NCBI GenBank assembly: GCA_024400955.1
Contig: JAKSLY010000008.1
Coordinates: forward strand, 9,115 to 73,114
Origin: Treponema sp.
Lineage (GTDB): Bacteria; Spirochaetota; Spirochaetia; Treponematales; Treponemataceae
Length of the DNA stretch: 64,000 nt
Direction: 5' to 3'
Shown here: positions 27,262 to 36,039 of the stretch, piece by piece
How positions within the stretch are numbered: the stretch's first letter is position 1
Layout: every line of letters begins with the position of its first letter
Notes under the pieces: model-generated
What the model saw: only the letters and a program-made list of their open reading frames with translations
What the model was told of the DNA's origin: nothing
Databases searched by the model: none
Position numbers and translations under genes: made by a program

Positions 27262-28064
27262 TAGTTTGACGCCTTTATTTTTTTCAAGAGTAAATCAAGG
27301 TTTTTCATTACTTCTGTCAAAGTCTTTTGTTTAATATATTCATTCTGAACATATTCTGTTCCATAATCGTGAACCATTTTTTTCAATCGCTCGGAATCAT
27401 CATTATTTGACGGTCTTAATATAGAAGAATCGTACCAGAATTTTTCAAAACGATTTTCCAGTTCTGAAGATTTTATATTGAAAAAATGATCATCCACAGT
27501 ATTTTTGGTAAAAAGCCCTAATTCATAACACCTGATAAAAACTGCCATAAATGGTGCCTTAAAATAGTTCATTAAAGAAACAATTATATCAATTTCATCT
27601 CCATTGCAGATAGTTGCAAATTTATTAAAAAGTTTTGAAAAGGAATCCTTAGGCATCAGTAAATTGCCGGCAAAGAGATTTGCAATTTCTTCGTTGTCAT
27701 TTTCGAAATAATCGAATTCAATATCTGCCGTATTTTTGTTTGTATTTGGCTGGAAAAAAATATGAAACAATTCATGACATAATGCAAAATTAGCATTTAC
27801 CACAGGAACGCTTGAATTAATAACCAGATAGGAAAGCTTATCGCCCCTATAAATAAATGCACCAATTTCTTTATCAACTAAAGGGAGCTCTATGATTTTA
27901 TAATTTTTCTGCTGCAATACAGGTCTAACAATCTGAAGAAGTTCCCTGACTCCATCAATATTCTCAAAATCAACTTGGTGAGAAAAACTTTTTATATAAT
28001 TGTTGATGTTGATTTCATGCTCTTTACTGCATTTTAATATTTTCTTCAGACGTTCAATTGTCAT
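27261..28064 (-). CDS. ImmA/IrrE family metallo-endopeptidase (Peptidase M78)
   Basis: LVINSS...NFALCHELFH (HExxH) and EEIANLFAGNLLMP. Confidence 0.9.
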   Translation of the reverse strand: MTIERLKKILKCSKEHEININNYIKSFSHQVDFENIDGVRELLQIVRPVLQQKNYKIIELPLVDKEIGAFIYRGDKLSYLVINSSVPVVNANFALCHELFHIFFQPNTNKNTADIEFDYFENDNEEIANLFAGNLLMPKDSFSKLFNKFATICNGDEIDIIVSLMNYFKAPFMAVFIRCYELGLFTKNTVDDHFFNIKSSELENRFEKFWYDSSILRPSNNDDSERLKKMVHDYGTEYVQNEYIKQKTLTEVMKNLDLLLKKIKASN

Positions 28065-28067
28065 GCA

Positions 28068-28427
28068 CTACTCCAAGCTTAAAAAACGACCTTCCGCACT
28101 TAAAACAAGGTCAATATTTTCCATTAGCTCAAGAAGGTTATCTGCAACCTTGGTTTGCTGACTGTTTGGATTTCCTGCGTAAAATGATATCTTTGGAGAA
28201 TATTCTGCATACTCTGTTTTGAAAACAGGATTTTCAACAAGAAAGAAATTAATACTTTTTCCAATCGCAGTACTTATTAATTCCATTTCAGAACAACCTG
28301 GTTCTTGAACTCCATTTAAAATACGAGAAAGCTTATTCTCTTCAATGCCAGACTTGCGACTGATGTATTTCTGTTTAATTTTTGTGGCTGCCAGGTAGTT
28401 TTTCAGATTAGTAACAAATAATGACAT
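28068..28427 (-). CDS. XRE-family HTH regulator
   Basis: NLKNYL...IKQKYISRKSGIEENKLSRILNGVQEP; GAGGT RBS before ATG 28427. Confidence 0.85.
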   Translation of the reverse strand: MSLFVTNLKNYLAATKIKQKYISRKSGIEENKLSRILNGVQEPGCSEMELISTAIGKSINFFLVENPVFKTEYAEYSPKISFYAGNPNSQQTKVADNLLELMENIDLVLSAEGRFLSLE

Positions 28428-28537
28428 ATGAACCTCGCTAAATATCAATTTATGAGATGGAGTTCATATTAAATATAGCATTATTTGGTGTAATAGACAA
28501 TAAATTTATGTAGAATATCAAAATTTGATATAAAAAA

Positions 28538-28563
28538 GCGAGTTTGCTCGTAAGCAAACTCGC
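28538..28563. terminator. hairpin GCGAGTTTGCT-CGTA-AGCAAACTCGC, copy 1 (purH terminator-like)
   Basis: 11-bp perfect stem followed by T6 on the minus strand. Confidence 0.75.
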
Positions 28564-28571
28564 TCTCAATT

Positions 28572-28604
28572 TTAGTGATGGAAAAGACGAATGCCGTTGA
28601 AGCA
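28572..28604 (-). repeat. synonymously recoded duplicate of the purH 3' end (CFNGIRLFHH*)
   Basis: TGC TTC AAC GGC ATT CGT CTT TTC CAT CAC TAA versus purH TGC TTC AAC GGA ATC AGG TTG TTC CAC CAC TAA. Confidence 0.9.
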
Positions 28605-28626
28605 GTCGTTCGCTTCGCTCACTAAC

Positions 28627-28650
28627 GAGTTTGCTCGTAAGCAAACTCGC
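28627..28650. repeat. hairpin CGAGTTTGCT-CGTA-AGCAAACTCG, copy 2
   Basis: Identical to 28539-28563; lies just downstream of the purH stop. Confidence 0.85.
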
Positions 28651-28657
28651 AATAGTA

Positions 28658-29833
28658 TTAGTGGTGGAACAACCTGATTCCGTTGAAGCACATTGTCATG
28701 TTGTACTTATTTGCAGTTTCGATTACGTTGTCGTCGCGTACTGATCCGCCTGGCTGGGCGATTACCTTTACGCCGCTGCGGTGTGCGCGCTCGATGTTGT
28801 CACCGAATGGGAAGAATGCGTCAGATCCAAGGGCAACATCAGTATTCTTTGCAATCCATGCCTTGCGTTCTTCGCGTGTGAAAACAGCCGGCTTAGTGTT
28901 AAAGAAATTCTGCCATACGCCTTCTGCAAGAACATCCTCGTAGTCGTCGCTTGTGTAAACGTCGATGGTGTTGTCGCGGTCAGCGCGCTTGATGTCTGCC
29001 TTAAAGTCAAGTCCCAGAACCTGAGGAGCCTGGCGGAGCCACCACTTGTCAGCCTTGTCGCCTGCAAGACGTGTACAGTGGATGCGTGACTGCTGTCCAG
29101 CTCCGATACCGATGGCCTGTCCATCCTTAACGTAGCATACGGAATTTGACTGCGTGTACTTGAGAACGATGAGGGAAATTATAAGGTTGTCTTTTTCTTC
29201 CTTTGAAAGTTCCTTGTTGTCTGTAACGATGTTGGAAAGGGCAGACTGTTCGTCAATCTTTATGAAGTTGTGGCCCTGTTCAAATGTAACGCCAAAAACC
29301 TGCTTCTTTTCTGTTGCAGCAGGAACGTAGTCAGGGTTCACCTGGAGAACGCAGTAGCCGCCCTTCTTCTTTGCCTTGAGGATTTCAAGGGCATCGTCAT
29401 CGTATCCAGGTGCGATGATTCCGTCAGAAACTTCCTTCTTGATGAGAAGGGCTGTAGCCTTGTCGCACTTGTCGCTGAGGGAAATGAAGTCACCGAAAGA
29501 AGACATGCGGTCGGCACCGCGGGCACGGGCGTAGGCACATGCAAGTGGTGTAAGTTCCACATCGTCGGTGTAGTAGATTTTCTTGAGTGTGTCGCTGAGC
29601 GGGCGGCCAATGGCAGCACCTGCAGGAGATACGTGCTTGAATGAAGTTGCGGCAGGCATTCCTGTTGCTTCCTTAAGTTCCTTTACAAGCTGCCATCCGT
29701 TGAATGCGTCAAGAAGGTTGATGAATCCAGGCTTTCCGTTCAATACTGTGAAAGGCAGTTCACCTTCTTCCATGAAAACCCTTGAAGGCTTCTGATTTGG
29801 GTTGCATCCGTACTTAAGTTCCATTTCAGTCAT
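28658..29833 (-). CDS. purH: AICAR transformylase (short PurH form without the N-terminal IMP cyclohydrolase domain)
   Basis: LKYGCNPNQ, SFKHVSPAG, DRMSSFG, KYTQSNSV, GAGQQSR, SDAFFPF, QPGGSVRD and RLFHH; 391 aa. Confidence 0.92.
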   Translation of the reverse strand: MTEMELKYGCNPNQKPSRVFMEEGELPFTVLNGKPGFINLLDAFNGWQLVKELKEATGMPAATSFKHVSPAGAAIGRPLSDTLKKIYYTDDVELTPLACAYARARGADRMSSFGDFISLSDKCDKATALLIKKEVSDGIIAPGYDDDALEILKAKKKGGYCVLQVNPDYVPAATEKKQVFGVTFEQGHNFIKIDEQSALSNIVTDNKELSKEEKDNLIISLIVLKYTQSNSVCYVKDGQAIGIGAGQQSRIHCTRLAGDKADKWWLRQAPQVLGLDFKADIKRADRDNTIDVYTSDDYEDVLAEGVWQNFFNTKPAVFTREERKAWIAKNTDVALGSDAFFPFGDNIERAHRSGVKVIAQPGGSVRDDNVIETANKYNMTMCFNGIRLFHH

Positions 29834-29896
29834 TACGTTTCTCCTATATGTTGACCGGATGATTTTTGCTCCGGTTCTCGCTGATAGATTACAGCT

Positions 29897-29925
29897 ATAA
29901 TATAGAAAAAACCTGAATTTTTCAA
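29897..29925 (-). promoter_or_regulatory. sigma70-like promoter of purH
   Basis: TTGAAA, 17-nt spacer, TATTAT on the minus strand. Confidence 0.55.
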
Positions 29926-29970
29926 TTGACGTGGGGCAACTACAGTTGGCCGGGGAAACGCCCAGATTAT

Positions 29971-31026
29971 TTACTCCCTGAAAAGGGAACTGCGCACCGT
30001 AAGTGTTGTTGCCACGGTTTCTTTTGAAAGCCTGCCGCTCCTGATGAATTCTGCAAGCTTTTTTCCCATGCCGGCAAAATCGCAGGAAAGCACGCTGATG
30101 GGAGTGCTCGTGAATTTGTAGAAGGGGCCTTCGTTGATTGCAATGAGTCCCACATCCTTTCCGAGCTTAAGGTTTCGGTTTTCCAGGGATTCCAGGAGAA
30201 TGGAGATTATGTCCTCCTCCATGGCAAGGTAAAGTTCGTCCGCCTGGGGATTTATGCTGGCACGAATCTGGCTGTAGGTGGAGCCTGCCTTCTTGTACTC
30301 AAAGTCCATCCTGTTCCTGTGGGCAATTTTTTCAAAGGTCTCCTTGACTTCCTCAATGAGGGAGTTGGAAACGTCATCGGTAAGAAAGACAATCTTCCTG
30401 TACTTGGCCAAGAGCTCGTTGTGTTCGTTGAGGGCAGAAAGAATTGCATTCTTAAAATCCTGGACAACGGCCGGATGCTTTGAGTTTGGAATGTCGCGGT
30501 CCACGAAAATTATTTTTCCCGGGTTGATGTACTTGAAGTAGGATTCCTCGCGGCTTTGGCTTGCAGACGGAATGATTGCAACCATCTCGCAGTTCTTGAG
30601 TCCGCGGTAATGTTCGTAAAGCATCTTGAGCACGTCAAAGTTGTCGCTGTGGGAAAAAAAGTCCACGTGGTAGTTTTCACCAAGACCTTCTGCAAGGGCG
30701 TCGAAAATCTTCATCTTGTATGGAGTCGTCGAGTCCGAGAGAAAGAGAACCAGCTTTTTTGATTCCGCGGCAGAGGGCATGCGCACGTAATAGGCCTTGC
30801 TCGGGCTGGATTCAACATAGTCGGAATCCTTGAGCCACTGGTAGGCCTTTACGATGGTGTCGCGTGAAACCTGAAAGTGAGCTATGAGCTGGTTGACGGA
30901 AGGCAGGTGGTCTTCTGGCTTAAGGGTTCCGTTTTCGATAAGCTCGCGGATTCTCTGTGCAACCTGAAGAAATTTTGGTTCGCTGCTTTCCTGGTTTATT
31001 TCTCCAAAATCGATTGTTTCTTTCAT
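29971..31026 (-). CDS. GntR-family regulator with C-terminal periplasmic-binding-protein-like effector domain
   Basis: LPSVNQL...VSRDTIVKAYQWL HTH, IIFVDR, VVQDF, DVGLIAINE and DFAGMG. Confidence 0.85.
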   Translation of the reverse strand: MKETIDFGEINQESSEPKFLQVAQRIRELIENGTLKPEDHLPSVNQLIAHFQVSRDTIVKAYQWLKDSDYVESSPSKAYYVRMPSAAESKKLVLFLSDSTTPYKMKIFDALAEGLGENYHVDFFSHSDNFDVLKMLYEHYRGLKNCEMVAIIPSASQSREESYFKYINPGKIIFVDRDIPNSKHPAVVQDFKNAILSALNEHNELLAKYRKIVFLTDDVSNSLIEEVKETFEKIAHRNRMDFEYKKAGSTYSQIRASINPQADELYLAMEEDIISILLESLENRNLKLGKDVGLIAINEGPFYKFTSTPISVLSCDFAGMGKKLAEFIRSGRLSKETVATTLTVRSSLFRE

Positions 31027-31061
31027 TGTCTGCCGTTATCTGTATCTGCTGCTGTCAGCTG

Positions 31062-31880
31062 TTACTTGCTGTAGGAATAGTCTGTGATGGAAACAAGCTC
31101 GTTGGCAATGGCGCCGAATTTTTCTGCAACGCTGTAGACGCTGATTCTCTTTGGATTTCCAAGGTCGTCGTTCTTGTAGATGTCGCGTTCGATGATGTCG
31201 GTGTCAGTTGCATAGATCTGGATTTCGGAAATGAATCCCTTTGCGTCGTAGCGGTAAACTGTCTTGCCTGTCTTGTTGCCGTCCAGGTCAAAGGTTTCGA
31301 TGGCAGAGATTCTTCCGTCGTCAAGGTAAGTTGACTTCTGGCTGTTTTCAAGGCGGCCGTCGGCGTTGTAGTTAAAGCATTCGATGACGTTGCCCTTTTC
31401 GTCGCATGTGCTGATGGAACGGAACATGAGCTTGCCTGTTGCGTCGTACATGCTCTGGGTTGTCTTTGAATCTGCATACTTGTAGATGAGCTTCTTGCAA
31501 AGTTCACCGTCGCTGTTGAATTCAGATTCGCTCTTGATCCTTGAATCTTCGTATTCGTACACGATTCTGGTTGTGCTGCCGGTGATGTCGGAAAGTGTCA
31601 TGGCTGCAAGAGTTCCGTCTGCGTTGTATTCAAAGTTAGTCTGGTCAAGAAGTTCGTCCTTGGCGTTAAGCGACTTGATGGCAGTTCTTTTTGAACCGTC
31701 AAGGCTGTGTTCGTATTTATCTGCCACCGTGCGGAAGTAGTCTCCGAATTTAGATGTAACAGCGTAGTGTGTCTTTGTGTAGGATCTGTAGCCGCCCTTT
31801 ACTTCCAAAAGTTCGTTGTCGTAGGCAAAGGCAAGAATTGTTGTAGCTGCAAGCACTGCAAGTGAAATAAGTTTCTTCAT
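31062..31880 (-). CDS. secreted protein with YD-like repeats
   Basis: Signal peptide MKKLISLAVLAATTILAFA; recurrent YNADG / YDATG / YDAKG units; GGAGG RBS. Confidence 0.7.
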   Translation of the reverse strand: MKKLISLAVLAATTILAFAYDNELLEVKGGYRSYTKTHYAVTSKFGDYFRTVADKYEHSLDGSKRTAIKSLNAKDELLDQTNFEYNADGTLAAMTLSDITGSTTRIVYEYEDSRIKSESEFNSDGELCKKLIYKYADSKTTQSMYDATGKLMFRSISTCDEKGNVIECFNYNADGRLENSQKSTYLDDGRISAIETFDLDGNKTGKTVYRYDAKGFISEIQIYATDTDIIERDIYKNDDLGNPKRISVYSVAEKFGAIANELVSITDYSYSK

Positions 31881-32050
31881 AAATTCCTCCATACCATAAA
31901 AGGTATTTTTTACAGATGCCCTGAATCATGAAATCATGCTGAATCTCACGTTGAATCGCTGAATGTTTCGGGGCTTCATCTAATCTTCGGCTTTTTTAGT
32001 GGGGAACTTTATAGAAAAACAGAATGAAACAGAATGGTCCGAGGGCGGGG

Positions 32051-32202
32051 GCGTTGCCGGTGCAGTTGCCCCGGCCGCTACGTTCGCCCTTCGCTAGTCG
32101 CTCATTAACTGCTATGGCTTCGCTTGCTCTCAGCCGCCGCAGTTAACTGACGGGGCTACCATCGCTAACGCAGTATCACCATCATTAACGTGTTGCCGGT
32201 GC
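32051..32202. repeat. GC-rich nested-hairpin intergenic element (MITE/REP-like)
   Basis: Nested inverted pairs GCGTT/AACGC, GCCCCG/CGGGGC and TTAACTGC/GCAGTTAA; 11-bp direct repeat GTTGCCGGTGC at 32053 and 32192. Confidence 0.5.
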
Positions 32203-32244
32203 TTAAGTTCTTCCATATAATGAGGGGAAAAACTGGAGGCTTTC

Positions 32245-32859
32245 ATGCTTGATATAAAGAATTTCTTGCCTGGTGATGATGAAAAAATAAACCAGCTTTT
32301 AAGGTTTACTGCAGAAGTTGACAAGATGACGGGAATAAGCCGCAGGACCATGCTCATTGACAAAAGCCGCCGCGAAAACGATGCGGAACATTCCTGGCAC
32401 ATTGCATTGATGGCCATGCTCTTCAAGGACTATGCACCGGAAGGCTGTGACGTGGCCCGTGCCGTGCAGATGTGCATCGTCCATGACCTGGTGGAAATCT
32501 ACGCCGGGGATACCTTTGCCTATGATGTGGCAGCCAACGAGGGCAAGGAGCAGAGGGAACAGCTTGCGGCAGACAGGCTCTTTGGCGAGCTCCCGGAACA
32601 TCTTGCAGCAGAATTCAGGACATTGTGGGAAGAATTCGATGCCATGGAAACGCCGGATTCAAGATATGCCGCTGCCATGGACAGGCTTCAGCCATACCTG
32701 CACAACACATTGACTGGCGGCCACACATGGAAGGAGGGCAATCCTTCGGTTGAAATGATCAACAAGAGAATGGCTCCTGCCATCGATGCAATTCCGCAAG
32801 TCGGCGACTGGTATAAAAAGAACATCAACCGCGCCCTGGAAGAGGGCTGGCTTGAATAG
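32245..32859 (+). CDS. HD-domain hydrolase (HD_3 / YfbR-like)
   Basis: RENDAEHSWH, VHDLVEIYAGD, LWEEF and MDRLQP. Confidence 0.88.
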   Translation: MLDIKNFLPGDDEKINQLLRFTAEVDKMTGISRRTMLIDKSRRENDAEHSWHIALMAMLFKDYAPEGCDVARAVQMCIVHDLVEIYAGDTFAYDVAANEGKEQREQLAADRLFGELPEHLAAEFRTLWEEFDAMETPDSRYAAAMDRLQPYLHNTLTGGHTWKEGNPSVEMINKRMAPAIDAIPQVGDWYKKNINRALEEGWLE

Positions 32860-32949
32860 ATAAAATTCTTGGGTTTTGCGGAGTAAGTTTTTATCCGAAA
32901 AATAGGATAAATTATTGAAAATATATAAATTAATCCGTATTATAGGATT

Positions 32950-34179
32950 ATGATTCAAAGAGAAATTTATATAAAAAAACTGTTAGAATATAAAGATTCC
33001 CCAGTAGTTAAAATCTTGTCCGGCATAAGGCGTGCAGGAAAGTCATCAATTTTGATGATGTTTAAGGATGAACTTCTAAAACTTAATGTACCTGCACAAA
33101 ACATCATTTATATAGATTTTGAATCCTTAAAAAATTATGCATTAAGAAATCATTTGGATCTATATGAAGAAGTTCTGAACCTTTCAGAAAATGCAGATAA
33201 AAATCAGAAAACATATATTTTCCTGGATGAACTTCAGAATGTTGAAAGCTGGGAACTTACAATTGCCTCATTGATGAAAGACCTGAATTGCGACATTTAT
33301 ATTACAGGTTCAAATTCAAGACTTCTTTCAGGCGAATTTGCAACACATATAGCCGGCCGTTATGTTGAAATTAAAGTATATCCTTTGAGTTTTAATGAAT
33401 TCATTTCATTCCATAAAAACCAGAATGACGGCACTGCAAAAAACGAAAAAGAACTTTTTTTGGAATACATAAAGTTCGGAGGCCTTCCTGCAATACATTT
33501 TATGAACAAAAATGAAAACTTGATCTGGCAGTATCTGACGGATGTTTTTAATTCAGTAATTTTAAAAGATGTAATAGAACGCAACAAAATTAAATCCAGC
33601 GAAAAACTGATTTCAACAGTTAATTTCATCATGGAAAATATAGGGAACATTTTCTCAGCAAAATCCATCAGCAGTTTTGTAAAAAATCAGTTCAAGTCTT
33701 TTGGAAATGATATGATTTATGACTTTTTATATGCACTAGAGTCAGCTTTTATTATTAATAAAGTCAAGCGTTATGATATTAAGGGAAAAGAAATACTTGA
33801 GACCCTTGAAAAATATTACATCACGGATTTGGGTTTAAGAAATGCTGTTGCGGGATTCAAGCAGAATGATATTTCTGGCATCCTTGAAAACATTGTCTAC
33901 AATGAACTTCTCCTGCGTGGATACAAAGTTTGCATCGGCAAAAATGATAATCTGGAAATTGATTTTATTGCTGAAAGAAATGCAGAAAAACTTTACATAC
34001 AGGTTGCTTATCTACTTGCTGATTCTGCTGTTACCCAAAGAGAATTCCGCCCATTGAAAGAAATACGTGATAACTACAGAAAGATTGTCCTGACATTGGA
34101 TGACACGGATGATTTTAACGACGAAGGAATTGAGAAGAGGAATCTGGTCGAGTGGCTGATGAATGAAAAGGGAAAGTAA
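32950..34179 (+). CDS. AAA+ ATPase (AAA_14) with DUF4143 domain
   Basis: GIRRAGKS, FLDELQ, ITGSNS, FGGLP, KYYITDLG, LENIVYNEL and EIDFIA. Confidence 0.88.
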   Translation: MIQREIYIKKLLEYKDSPVVKILSGIRRAGKSSILMMFKDELLKLNVPAQNIIYIDFESLKNYALRNHLDLYEEVLNLSENADKNQKTYIFLDELQNVESWELTIASLMKDLNCDIYITGSNSRLLSGEFATHIAGRYVEIKVYPLSFNEFISFHKNQNDGTAKNEKELFLEYIKFGGLPAIHFMNKNENLIWQYLTDVFNSVILKDVIERNKIKSSEKLISTVNFIMENIGNIFSAKSISSFVKNQFKSFGNDMIYDFLYALESAFIINKVKRYDIKGKEILETLEKYYITDLGLRNAVAGFKQNDISGILENIVYNELLLRGYKVCIGKNDNLEIDFIAERNAEKLYIQVAYLLADSAVTQREFRPLKEIRDNYRKIVLTLDDTDDFNDEGIEKRNLVEWLMNEKGK

Positions 34180-34229
34180 ATTGATTTTCGGAATGGCTTT
34201 TGAATAAAAACATTTAGTTTAATGGGCCA

Positions 34230-34341
34230 TTTTTGCATCCTGACGGCTGCAAAAACCGGGCTTTTCAGGGTTTCGCCTTTCGGCTCCATTCCTCCTCTGC
34301 GCTCCGGAACGGCTTCGCCGCCCTTACAATCCCTTGTCCGG
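34230..34341. repeat. GC-rich multi-hairpin intergenic element inside AT-rich island
   Basis: TTTTTGCA..TGCAAAAA, GCC-TTTC-GGC, CGGC-TTC-GCCG and outer CCGGGC..AGGG / CCCTTGTCCGG. Confidence 0.5.
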
Positions 34342-34458
34342 ATTCTCAAAATATGAGAATAATTAAATATCAAGATGAAAGAAAATTGAATTCATCGAAG
34401 AACGTGTTTCAATGGCTGACTTTAGGTCATGGAAGATAACTTAAAATTATGATAAATT

Positions 34459-35928
34459 ATGGGTTGTTATGGAAGAAAACTGGAAGTGGAAATGAATATT
34501 GAGCATAGGTATACAAAGCAACAAGTTATAGATTTGCTAGAGGCTTGTCTTGAAAAGACATTAGGCGAAATTGACAAGAAACATGTATTTGATAGAACAA
34601 AAGAAAATCCAAAAATTACTGGAATAGCCGGTGATGTAATTGAGCAATCTGTTTTTGGATATGAAGCAAACAGTGATTCCGCACCGGATTTGATAATAGA
34701 TGATATTCCGACAGAATTGAAAACAACTGGCATTCGTCTTTCAAAAAAAGAGAAGGGTGTGTATGAAGCAAAAGAGCCAATGTCTATAACTGCTGTTTCT
34801 CCAAATACAATTATTGATGAAGAATTCTATGATTCCCATTTCTGGCATAAACTCGAACATCTGCTTTTTGTATATTATTTATACAGTTCAAACAAACCAG
34901 TTCTCGCTTCTGAGTATGCAAATTTTCTTTTCAAAGGTTATCAGTTTTTAGAATTTTCTGATGAGGATGTAGAAGTCCTTAAACGTGATTGGCTTACAGT
35001 CCGTGATTTCATTATTAGCTTAAATAAAAACGAAAGTCTTTATCCTGAAATTTCTCATTTAAGAGATAAATTATTGTTTATTGATACTGCTCCTAAATGG
35101 CCACATCCACCTAGATTTCGTCTAAAAAGGTCTGTTGTCACTAATATTGTTCAACAACATTTCAATGGTAAATTGGAGCAATTACCTCAGGCATATAATA
35201 GTTATTCAGAAATCGATAAGAAATGTCATGAACTTACAGAACAACATAAGGGAAAAACTGTTCTTGAACTTATGGCAGAATTTGGAATTGATAACGATAT
35301 AAATAAAGGAGTTGCTGAACAGATAATTGTTCGTATGTTTGGAGCAAATTCCAAAAAAATGAATCAGATTGAATTATTCAATAAGATTGGTTTATTTGGA
35401 AAATCTATAGTTTTAACTCCAGAAGGAAAAAGAACAGAAGATATGAAACTGTTCAGAATTGATTTTGATGAAATCAGTTCTAATATATCAAAGTTTGAAG
35501 ATTCGTCTTTCTATGATTATTTTGCCGGTATGCAAATTCTTTGTATTATCTTTGAAGAAAAAGATCCAAAGGATTTTGGAAGCAATGTTTTCATGGGATT
35601 TAAGCGAATTGCCTTTAGCGATGATTTTATAGAGTTAAATGTTAAATCCGTGTGGAAAAGAATAAATGAACTTGTGGTTTATAATGAATTAAAAGATATT
35701 CCGGTAATTGACAAGAAGACGGGTACCCCTAAAGTTAACAAGACTGGAACTATTCAGTCTGCACCAAACTTTCCAAAATCTTCTGAGGGTGTCATTTTTG
35801 TTCGTGGTGATAGTTCTGATTCAACTGTTAAGCCTGAATGTGTTAATGGAATAAATATGTATAGGCAATACATTTGGATTAAGGGAAGCTATCTTTCTGA
35901 GATTTTGGCTCGACTTAATTATATTTAA
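34459..35928 (+). CDS. Sau3AI/MutH-family type II restriction endonuclease
   Basis: PDLII...ELKTTG (PD-(D/E)xK), KEPMSIT, DWLTVRDFI and a second MutH-like repeat ending WIKGSYL. The start may be 34492. Confidence 0.85.
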   Translation: MGCYGRKLEVEMNIEHRYTKQQVIDLLEACLEKTLGEIDKKHVFDRTKENPKITGIAGDVIEQSVFGYEANSDSAPDLIIDDIPTELKTTGIRLSKKEKGVYEAKEPMSITAVSPNTIIDEEFYDSHFWHKLEHLLFVYYLYSSNKPVLASEYANFLFKGYQFLEFSDEDVEVLKRDWLTVRDFIISLNKNESLYPEISHLRDKLLFIDTAPKWPHPPRFRLKRSVVTNIVQQHFNGKLEQLPQAYNSYSEIDKKCHELTEQHKGKTVLELMAEFGIDNDINKGVAEQIIVRMFGANSKKMNQIELFNKIGLFGKSIVLTPEGKRTEDMKLFRIDFDEISSNISKFEDSSFYDYFAGMQILCIIFEEKDPKDFGSNVFMGFKRIAFSDDFIELNVKSVWKRINELVVYNELKDIPVIDKKTGTPKVNKTGTIQSAPNFPKSSEGVIFVRGDSSDSTVKPECVNGINMYRQYIWIKGSYLSEILARLNYI

Positions 35929-36039
35929 TTTATTCCAGTTGATCCTCTGTGGAATATTTGTTATATTTGGATGAAAATTATTAGTTAGAAAAGATGATTA
36001 TGTTGATCTCATTTTTTAGTTTTGCTATAATAGAGAAGT

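Larger units (their letters stand above)
21421..28544. mobile_element. AT-rich genomic island bounded by 12-bp direct repeat AAAAAGCGAGTT
   Basis: Abrupt shift to AT-rich sequence. Identical 12-mer at 21421-21432 and 28533-28544. Contains a transposase and orphan genes. Confidence 0.7.

Noticed and set aside
28450-28644. 64-aa ORF spanning the purH duplication
   Set aside because: It consists of the hairpin repeats (repeated LTSKL) and is out of frame with the recoded purH end, so it is treated as an artefact.
28658-29833. purH as a truncated pseudogene (no IMP cyclohydrolase domain)
   Set aside because: It has its own promoter and RBS and intact motifs; the short transformylase-only form is a known type in anaerobes.
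29834-29970. ZMP/ZTP or purine riboswitch upstream of purH (also checked upstream of purF)
   Set aside because: No pfl or purine-riboswitch consensus is visible, and the predicted promoter leaves only a leader of about 55 nt.
31915-31980. Four TGAAT(C/G) repeats inside a loose stem upstream of the YD-repeat gene
   Set aside because: Irregular spacing and short unit; could be a decayed REP or operator but cannot be supported.
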